DNA from: Phycisphaeraceae bacterium
GTDB taxonomy: Bacteria > Planctomycetota > Phycisphaerae > Phycisphaerales > Zrk34
Length of the DNA: 43,413 bases
Direction of reading: 5' to 3'
Assembly: GCA_040905565.1 (NCBI GenBank)
Contig: JBBDRF010000034.1
Location: 1-43,413, forward strand
Each line of letters opens with the position of its first letter. The stretch's first letter is position 1. The translations under genes and the position numbers were made by a program. Shown here piece by piece: positions 1 through 9,000 of the stretch. The notes below the pieces were generated by a model, which saw only the letters and a program-made list of their open reading frames with translations, ran no database searches and was not told the DNA's origin.

Positions 1-204
1 CGGCGAAGACGAAAGGTTCGGGCAGTCGACTTGCCTGCCTGATGATGGTGTTCAAACTCGTGCAGTCCGCTCAGAAACGCTGGCGAGCCCTCAATGCATC
101 CAACCTCATCCCAGACGTCATCACCGGCATCCCCTTCGTCGACGGAATCAAAAAACCCGCCGCCTGATCACGAAGCCAGAATACGACATTTGACAGTTGC
201 TCCC
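1..204 (+). mobile_element. IS256-family element, 3' end (transposase C-terminus 3..167 plus right terminus); cut by the window edge
   Basis: Frame from 3 reads AKTKGSGSRLACLMMVFKLVQSAQKRWRALN...KKPAA*, an IS256/Mutator C-terminus. Nearly identical to 2311-2512, and both end in ACGACATTTGACAGTTGCTCCC. Confidence 0.85.
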
Positions 205-239
205 GAACCACAGCCGTCGAAACTCTGAATGGATAATTG

Positions 240-425
240 TTGTATCCCGAGGACGCGGATTTCGACGAGGGACGAATCTCCACCCTTGATCCGTTGGGCA
301 CGGCGCTACTGGGCTACCACTAAGGCGATGAATTCGAGTGGGAAATGCGTGCAGGCCCGCGTCGCTATCGCGTCGAGCAGGTGCTCAGCCAGCCCGAAGC
401 GTCGGGCGATTACGGGCGGCAATCA
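240..425 (+). pseudogene. rnk: Rnk/GreA-GreB family C-terminal fragment with internal stop
   Basis: Translates LYPEDADFDEGRISTLDPLGTALLGYH*GDEFEWEMRAGPRRYRVEQVLSQPEASGDY, matching the Rnk C-terminal pattern. In-frame TAA at 321-323; 5' part replaced by the IS256 end. Confidence 0.8.
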
Positions 426-446
426 CAGCTCGCACGGGACCGCGTT

Positions 447-833
447 CTACTCGCTGGTGGTGGCGCCGCCGACAATGTCGTCGTAATAGAGCGAGAGACG
501 GTGCGCAACCTCGTCGATGTCATCCTCGCTGGCCTGCCGCTCGCGCAGAATGCCAAGCAGGTGCTGAACGAAGCGGTTGAAATGAAAACCGGTGATGCCT
601 CGGTCGTGGTGTGTCCGTCGCAGCGAGAGGCTCGAGTAGCTGAGATCGCCTTCGCCAAAGACAACGGCGAAAAACTCGCGCTGCATGCGCCGGATACGGT
701 CGACGTCCGAGTGGGCGAAGAACGGCGCCAGCTCCGGGTCCGCAAGGATGCGTCGGTACAGCTCGTCGATGATGACCGCGATACCCTCCGGCCCGCCCAT
801 GCGGTTGTACAGCGTTGACTCTGACTTTCCCAT
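447..833 (-). CDS. Group I truncated hemoglobin (128 aa)
   Basis: MGKSESTLYNRMGGPEGIAVIIDELYRRILADPELAPFF...Q..F...H..RGIT..HF motifs of 2/2 globins. Likely start is ATG 833; the longer ORF-track frame is antisense read-through of ISL3. Confidence 0.9.
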   Translation of the reverse strand: MGKSESTLYNRMGGPEGIAVIIDELYRRILADPELAPFFAHSDVDRIRRMQREFFAVVFGEGDLSYSSLSLRRTHHDRGITGFHFNRFVQHLLGILRERQASEDDIDEVAHRLSLYYDDIVGGATTSE

Positions 834-859
834 GAAGTGTATTGTAGGACTGGAAATGC

Positions 860-2167
860 GGCGCTTCAACCTCTTTGCAGGCGTTGGGTTGATTGAAAAG
901 GGCTCGAACTCTGTGTATTGGCGTGGTTTACCACAAGCCACTACCACACGGAGATCGAGCCCATTTACGTCGAAGGATTTCGAGAACTCTACCGTTTCCC
1001 CGGCTACGCCGTCAAAGCCGCGCGGATTGACGAAGCGATCGGGGAGGTCACGCTGCGTCGGGACGGGCGATTCAAGCTCGCCTGTCCGCACTGTGAGAGC
1101 CGCATCACGCGTAGTCGCGAGGTGCCGCAGATGGTGCGTGATCTGGGCCTGGGGCCGTTGCCACTGGTGCTGATCCGCTACCCCGCGATCCAAGGCTGGT
1201 GCCGATCGTGCAGGCGATACGCGACGGTGCGGCCGCCGGGGATCGGCGAGCGTCAGCAGGCCACGGATCGGCTGATGGCGTTCGCCTCGCACCTGTGCCG
1301 GTTCATGCCGGTGACGCACGTGGCCGATGCTTTGGCGGTGACGGACAAGGCGGTGCGCGAGTGGGACAAGCGTATCCTGCGCCAGACGATCGGCGAGCCC
1401 AACCTCGATAACCTGGAGGTGCTGCTGATCGATGAGAAGTCGATCGGCAAGCATCAGCCGGTCGTGCTCAACGGCGTCAGCGGCGAGCTGCTGCACATGC
1501 ACCAGGGCACCAAGCCCGAGGGCATCGAAAGCTTCTTTGAAAAGCTGACGGACAAGCAGAAAGCGAGCATTCACGCCGTCGGCATCGATCGCGATGGTGC
1601 GTATGAGAAAGCCGTGAAGGCTCACCTCTCGGCGGACGTCGTCTACGACAAGTTCCACGTCATCGCCAACTACAACCGCGTGATCGATGACGTGCGCCGC
1701 AGCGAATGGCAAAAGGCGAAGGCTCAGGACAAGCCGGTGCTCAAGGGTATGCGATACATCCTCTTCAAACGGGCTGCGCGTCGCAGTGACGAGGACGAAG
1801 ATCGGCTTAACGCGCTGCTGGCGGTTAACGAGAACCTGCTCACCGTGGACATGCTCAAAGATGATCTTCATCAGCTCTGGGCCTGTAGAAACCAACGCGA
1901 TGCCGAAGCCTGGCTCGCCGACTGGATCGACTGGGCGCTGACCACGACGATCGGACCGCTACGCCGCTTCGCCCGCGGCCTGCGACGCTCAACACACGGC
2001 ATCCTCAACTACTTCAAACATCGCATCACCAACGGCCCCATCGAAGCCTTCAACAACCTCATCAGCAGAACCATCCACCGCGCCTGCGGCGTCCGCGACC
2101 GCGAATATCTTTACCTCAAACTACGCCAGGAATCCCTCGCGTGAATCTGCAAAGAGGACGAAGAGCC
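860..2167 (+). mobile_element. ISL3-family insertion sequence
   Basis: Imperfect 21-bp terminal inverted repeats: GGCGCTTCAACCTCTTTGCAG (860-880) and the reverse complement of 2147-2167, GGCTCTTCGTCCTCTTTGCAG. They enclose one transposase. No target duplication visible. Confidence 0.88.
918..2144 (+). CDS. ISL3 transposase
   Basis: Zn-finger CPHC...CRSC, IDEK, GIDRDGAY, YDKFHV and TNGPIEAFNNLI motifs. Start codon uncertain. Confidence 0.92.
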   Translation: MAWFTTSHYHTEIEPIYVEGFRELYRFPGYAVKAARIDEAIGEVTLRRDGRFKLACPHCESRITRSREVPQMVRDLGLGPLPLVLIRYPAIQGWCRSCRRYATVRPPGIGERQQATDRLMAFASHLCRFMPVTHVADALAVTDKAVREWDKRILRQTIGEPNLDNLEVLLIDEKSIGKHQPVVLNGVSGELLHMHQGTKPEGIESFFEKLTDKQKASIHAVGIDRDGAYEKAVKAHLSADVVYDKFHVIANYNRVIDDVRRSEWQKAKAQDKPVLKGMRYILFKRAARRSDEDEDRLNALLAVNENLLTVDMLKDDLHQLWACRNQRDAEAWLADWIDWALTTTIGPLRRFARGLRRSTHGILNYFKHRITNGPIEAFNNLISRTIHRACGVRDREYLYLKLRQESLA

Positions 2168-2512
2168 CGAAGTACCCCGCCGCGTGTGAATGCCTGGCGA
2201 AGGATCGCGACGTGCTGCTGACATTCTACGATTATCCCGCGGAGCACTGGACGCATCTGCGGACCACGAACCCGATCGAATCGACCTTCGCCACGGTGCG
2301 ATTGCGGACAGCGAAAACGAAAGGTTCAGGCAGCCGAATCGCCTGCCTCATGATGGTGTTCAAACTCGTGCAGTCCGCTCAGAAACGCTGGCGAGCCCTC
2401 AACGCCTCCAACCTCATCCCCGACGTCATCACCGGCATCCCCTTCGTCGACGGAGTCAAGAAACCCGCCGCCTGATCATGAAGCCAGAACACGACATTTG
2501 ACAGTTGCTCCC
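2168..2512 (+). pseudogene. IS256-family transposase 3' fragment (2170..2475) with right terminus, truncated by ISL3
   Basis: KYPAACECLAKDRDVLLTFYDYPAEHWTHLRTTNPIESTFATVRLRT begins immediately after the ISL3 right IR. TTNPIE is an IS256 motif. Confidence 0.88.
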
Positions 2513-3013
2513 ACGCGCATCCCTCACCAGATGCCGATCAAAGAACGCTTACGGAAGATCGGATCCAGCGCTTCCTATCCGAGTCGTCGAATAGGACACG
2601 TTGCACTCTTCTGAGAATGCCGGCGGCGACTTTGCCTCTTGAAGCCTTCTTCTCATCGGTGGCACCGTGCTGGGCGGTGAAGCTGGCGCGAGTAGGAGAC
2701 CAGAAAACGGCTGGCCATCCTTTCTCACTCGCCTGGCGAGCGACTCACTTGAACTTGCACGTTCTTCAGTGCGTCCTGCACCATCCAGTTCACCTGCCCT
2801 GCACGTCGCCACCACCTCAGCCCTACCTGCCAAAACCCGCCTCAAATCGGAGCGATGCCCGCTGGGGAAGTGGGGCTACGGCAGACCCGTGCGCCTCGTG
2901 GTTCTGCAGCAGGATTCTGGGTGCCGAAGACGTCTTTCTTTTGAACCGCTTCGTTAACGGGCAGCCGCTCAGGCTTCGATGAGTGTGTGGCCCGCTCTAG
3001 GTTTCAATTGCGA

Positions 3014-6000
3014 TCACGCCAGTGTGATATCGGTTTTGTGATCGACGCGGTCATCGATGAGATGGATGCACAGGTCGGGGCAGGGTTGGCCATCGCAGGT
3101 GACGGAGGCGACGTGGTTGCCATGGCCGGCGGGCGCGATGACGTTGATGTGGTAAAAGGTTTCCCGGTAGCGGTAGTGCAGGTGGTAGCCACCCCAGTCG
3201 CTGGGCAGGCATGGTTCGAAGTAGAGGGTGTCGACGTGAAGGCGGAGTCCGAGGATAGTCTCGATGATGAGGCGATAGGTCCAGGCGCCCGAGCCAGTGT
3301 ACCACGTCCAGCCGCCGCGCCCCTCATGCGGTTTGACGCCGTAGACATCGGCGGCCATGACGTAGGGTTCGACCTTGTAGGTGGCGATGGATTCGGGATT
3401 GCCGCCATGCCGTACGGGGTTGATGATATTCAGGCATTCCCAGGCGCGTTCGGCGTCGCCGAGCATGGCGAAGCCCATGGTGACCCAGGTGGCGGCGTGA
3501 GTGTATTGCCCGCCGTTTTCCCGCACACCGGGCACATAGCCTTTGATATAGCCGGGTTCGAGGTCGGATTTGTCGAAGGGTGGATCGAAGAGCTGGATGA
3601 TGTCGATGTCGCGACGGACGAGTCGCCTATCGACGCTCTGCATGGCCTGGGCGATGCGGTGGGAGTCGGCGGCGCCGGTGATGGCGGCCCACGCCTGGGG
3701 GATCGCATCGATCTGGCATTCGGGGTTGACGTGTGAGCCAAGGGGGGTTCCGTCGTCGAAGTATGCCCTGCGATACCACTGGCCGTCCCAGCCGTGTTGC
3801 TCAATGTTCTCCTGAAGCCGTTTGGCCTCGTCGCGGCAGCGATCGGCGAAAGGCTGGTCGCCGTGGGCTTGGGCGATGGGTGCGAAATGGGTGAGCACAT
3901 CGTAGAGGAAGAAGGCGAGCCAGACGGATTCGCCCTGACCTTCGGGGCCGACGCGGTCCATGCCGTCATTCCAGTCGCCGCTGCCGATGATGGGCAGGCC
4001 GTGGGAGCCGAAGGTGAGACCGTATTCGATGGCACGGACGCAATGCTCGTAGACGGTGCCGACCTCATCGGAGACGGCAGGCAGGTCGTAGCATGATTCC
4101 TCGCCGTGGGCGAGCAGGCGGGCGGCGAGATAGGGCCGCTGTTCCTGAAGTACGCCGGTGTCGCCTGTGGCGCTGACATAACGTGCGGCGGCGTAGGGAA
4201 GCCAGAGGTAATCGTCGCGGATACGTGTGCGCACGCCACGGTTGGTGGGCGGGTGCCACCAGTGCTGGACATCTCCCTCGACGAACTGATGTTCGCACGA
4301 ATAAATGATGTGCCCGCGGTAGATCCAGGGCGCGGCGTGGAGCAGTGCCATGGAGTCCTGAAGCTGATCTCGGAAGCCGAACGCGCCGCCAGACTGGTAG
4401 TAGCCGCTGCGTCCCCAGATGCGACAGGCCAACGTCTGGTAGATCAGCCAGCCGTTGACAAGCATGTCGATGCCGGGATCGGGGGTTTGCACGTGGACGG
4501 TGCCGAGAATGTGGTTCCACATGGACCAGACATCTTCGATCGCTTTGCGGTGTCCGTTGCGCCAGCCGTATCGCTGGAGGACTTCGTGCGCCTCGCCCTC
4601 GCTGGAGCCGGCGCCGATCAGAAACACCACTTCGCGCTCGGCTCCTTCGGCGAGATCGACGGCGGTCATAATCGCGCCGCAAGGGTCGAGCCCCGCGCCC
4701 AGCCGGCCGGAGAGTTGGGCGAGTTCCATGGCGGCGGGGTTGGCGAGGGTACGGTTGCGGCCGACGAAGTCGCCGCGATCGCCGGTGACGGTGCGCGTGG
4801 GCTCGGAAACGTGCATGAAGGCGACGCGGCCGGGGAAGTCGGTGTTGTACCAGTTGCGAGCGAACATCGCGCCGGTTTTGGGATCCAGTTCCGTCACAAC
4901 ATGCATGGCCCCCTTGCTTCGGTGTTCACTCAGCACCCATTCGACCATGGCGGTGACGGAGATGCGTCGCGGGCGATCGCTATGGTTCTTAAGCTTGACG
5001 ACGTAGAACTTAGCTGGCGCATCGGTGGCCACGAAGGTGCTCATTTCGCTGCGGATGCCACCTTCTTCGTGTTCGAAGATGGTATAGCCGAAGCCATGCC
5101 TTGTGGCATAGGGGGCGTTGCCGGGGCAGGGCAGAGGGGTGGGGGACCAGTACTGGCCCGTATGCTCGTCGCGAAGGTAGATCGCTTCGCCGCAACGGTC
5201 GGTGACGGGGTCGTTGTACCAGGGCGTAAGGCGAAATTCGTGTGCGTTTTCAAACCAGGTGTAGGACGATCCCGATTCGGTGACAATCGTGCCGAAGCGG
5301 TCGTTGGCCATCACGTTGGACCATGGGGCGGGCGTGGTCTGATCGCGCGCGAGGGAAGTGATGTATTCATGCCCGTCGCGCGTGAACCCGCCGTAACCGT
5401 TGTAGAAGAGGAGATCGCGGCGTTCGGCCGCGGTGGCGGGCTGGTCCCATGGCGCACGCGTGGGTTCGAATGGTGCGACCGCGGGGGCGGGGCGACGACG
5501 TGCTCTGCGATCGGCATGCTTGGCCAGGTCCCCGGCACTGTCGTCGAGGACCAGCCGGGCGACGGTTTGTAAGAGCGTGCGATCTTCGGTGCTGATCTGA
5601 TCGCCGCGGCGGAGGAAGATGCCGCCGGGTTTATCGACGAGTTGAGCGGAGGGGCCGGAGCCGATCAGGGCATTGAGTGAATCCTGCAGTTCCTGACGAT
5701 ATCCGGAGAAGTCGTCGTTGATGATGACCAGGTCGACAGCGAGGCCTTTGCTTGCCCAGTAGGCGTGGGCCTTGAGGGCCTGTGCGGCGAGCTCGACGTG
5801 CTGGATGCCGGCGATGGTGAGCAGGACAATGGAGAGGTCGCCGCTGATGCCGTAGCGCCAGAGTGCGGATTGTCCAAGTCGGTTGGCGAGCAGGACACTT
5901 GGCCGGGCGCGGAAGGCGGGGTTGCCGTGGAGTACGGCGGAGGCGAGCCTGCCGTAGAGCTGCGCTTCCGGTTCGCTCGCGCCCAGATGCTGGAGCATGA

Positions 6001-9000
6001 GTTGGCTTCGCGCGGGCGCAAGATCGAATACGCGATCTGCAAAATGGTGATCGCAGTGCTTGGAAACCTGCTCGAGCGCGCTCTGACGCGAATGCGCCAT
6101 GCCGGTGATCACATCGACAATCGCGCTTTCGTCGGGTTGGAGCGTGACGATGCGTCGTATGGCGAAAACGGGATCGAGAACCGACCCCGCCGTGTCGCCG
6201 AGCCGATCGTGCTGCATGGCGGCGGGATGCTGGGCGGTACGCGCCCGGCCGAGGAATGCATCACGGTCGGTCTCAAAGGTTGTGCTCTCGAGGGTGTGGC
6301 CCTGCACGTGCATCTGGTGGAACATCCAGGGAGGCGATTCCCCCGCCTGCCGCGGTCGCCGCGTCGCGATCAGGCTGTGACGATTGTGCAGAAGCTCGGT
6401 TTGCACGAAAAGTTTGCCGAACGCGGGGTGGGCATGATCAGCGGCAGGGTCGCTGAGTACGATCTCGCCGTAGCTGGTGACTTCGATTTCCCGCGGTTCG
6501 CTGGAATGGTTCGTCAACGTCAGCCGGCGGATTTCCACGTCATCCTCGGGCGAGACGCTGATGATCATGTGGGCAAAAATCTCGTGATCGAGCCGCTTGA
6601 ATTCCGCACGGCCCTGGGTGAATATTGCCTCGTAACGGTCGCTTTCGACGCGCGTGGGGTGATGCGACACAGACCAGTATTCGCCTGTCCTGCGATCGCG
6701 CAGGTAGACGAACTGGCCCTCGCCGTCGGTGGTGCGATCCTCCTGCCAGCGCGTGACGGCATAGTGCTGCCATCGGCTGTAGCCGCCACCACTGTTGGAA
6801 ACCATGACGTGGTACCGTCCATTGGAGAGCATGTGGACTCTGGGCCAGTCGGTGTGGGGCGTGGTGAAGATGCGGATATCCGGTGGAACCTGTTCGGCGG
6901 CGAGGTCGCGGTAGCCGGCTTCGACCGCGTGCGGATAGACAGGCTGGATATCGCTCGGCACGCGTTCGTGGAGCAGCGTCCGCACGGATCGCAGCCGTGG
7001 ATTGGCCAGGAAGCGTCGATGCATGGGACGATCAAGAAGTTCCTGGGCAATGCCGACGAACGTCATGCCGCCATGATGCGCCATGTAGAGGCGGGTAGGG
7101 ACGCTGGTTTCGCCGTGTGGAAGCCTGCTGCGCGTGTAGTCGACCGCTTCATAGAAGCCGTAGCGCCCGAGCGCGCCTTGCTCGGAGAGGCGTATGAGGT
7201 TCTCCGCCGCTTCGACGGGGACAATCATCGCAGCCATGGCGGAGGCGTACGGGGCGACCACGAGATCGTCGTGCAGGCCGCGCTTGAGGCCGAGGCCGGG
7301 CACGCCGAACGCCTGGTATTGATAATGCCCTCCGACATCCAAAGCTGCGTAGCTCGATTCGCTGGCGCCCCAGGGTACGCCGCGCTGACGGCCGTATTGT
7401 ATGTGCCTGCGCACCGCTGCCGTGTTGGTCGTGTCCAGCAGGGTGCGCTCGCTACTGGGCATCACGAGGTTGGGCATGAGGTACTCGAACATCGAGCCGG
7501 ACCATGAGACGAGCGCCGTATGTCCCTCGGTAATCGTGAGGGTCCGGCTGAGGGAGAACCAGTGATCATGGGGCAGTTGTCCGGCGGCGATCGCAAGGTA
7601 ACTGGCCAGTCTCGCTTCTGAAGCCAACAAGTCGTAATACGACGGATCAGGGGCGTGGTCGCGTGCATTCAATCCGATGCGAAGCAGATGGCGATGCTCG
7701 TCGTAAAGGATTGCGAAATCCATGTCGGCGAAGTCTTCGGCACGCTGGGCCAGCGACTCGAGTGTGTGGATGCGCGCCGTGGCGTGATCCGAGCCTGTTT
7801 TAAGCTGCGCCTCGAACCGTTGCAACCAGTCGGTCGCCTCGACGGGCCACGTCTGCACGGCATCGGCGACGGCTTGCTCAGGCGGATCGGTAGGCGACAA
7901 CGGTTTGATCAGGTTGCGCCATGTCTGTGCCGCGCAGGCTGCCTGCGTGAGCGTCGGTATGCGATCGAATGATTCCAGCAGCCGCTGAAGCGTCGCTGGG
8001 AGGAGGTCGCGATCGGGATCATTCAACATCATCACGTAGGGCGACAGTTGTTTGAGATCTGCGGACATGGCCGCGACATGCTCTTCCATCGCACGCGTCC
8101 ACCAGAGCAGATCGCTCTCGGGTGCGGATGTGGCCTTCGCCGTCGCATGAAGCTCGGAAGCTTCGCTGCCGAGGGATTGCAAGTGGAGGTAAGTTTGCGT
8201 GAGGGATGTGCCGGGCGTCATGTGGGTGATGCGATGGGCCAGCGCATCAAGCTTTTGGCGAATCTCTGCGGGGGTGCCGCTGCCTTGATCGGTGGCGATC
8301 GAACGGCCGACGTCCACGGTGTCGGCAATACCCTCAAAAAGCCGCACGGGAACGCTGGGGGCCTCCGCCAGTTCGCGTAGGCCGGCTTCGGTGACCAGCA
8401 GATGCCCCGCGAGGTTGCCTGAATCAACGGTCGACACGTAGTGAGGGGGCAGCGCAGTCAGCGTGCGCGTGTCGTACCAGTTGTAGAAATGACCGTGGTA
8501 GCGTTCGAGCTTGCCCATCGCGTCGAAGGTGCGCTGGGTGCGATCGATGAGTTGTTCGATGCTGATGTAGCCCAGGTCGGTGGCGGTGAGCGACGCGAGC
8601 AACCCTATGCCGATGTTGGTAGGGCTGGTGCGTGCATCGAGGCCGAAGTCGCCGGTTTCCTGATAATTGTCGGGCGGGAGGTAGTTGGTGTCGTCGGTGA
8701 TAAAGGTTTCGAAGTATCGCCATGTGAGTCGCGTGATGCGGCAGAGAAAGCGTCTCTGGGTGTGACTGAGCTGAGCTTCACGCACGCGCCGGGGCTGCGA
8801 CAGCCACCACGCGAGCAGCGGGCCGATCAGCCATAACGTGAGAATGGGGGCGGCAGCCAGGGCGGGAACGGTCGTACCCGTGATCGCGAACATGCCCGCA
8901 CCTGCGGCCAGCGCGAGCAACGGGCTGATCCACATGGCGCGCAGGTGTCCGGGTAAATTTTGCCGCGAGGTTCGCGTTGCCTCGCCGCTGGTGCGCCAAG

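Noticed and set aside
834..1895. 482-aa minus ORF suggesting a globin fusion
   Set aside because: The N-terminal part is the antisense frame of the ISL3 transposase; the globin starts at 833.
2513..3000. ORFs and a loose hairpin between IS256 and the ndvB stop
   Set aside because: No recognisable product or convincing structure.
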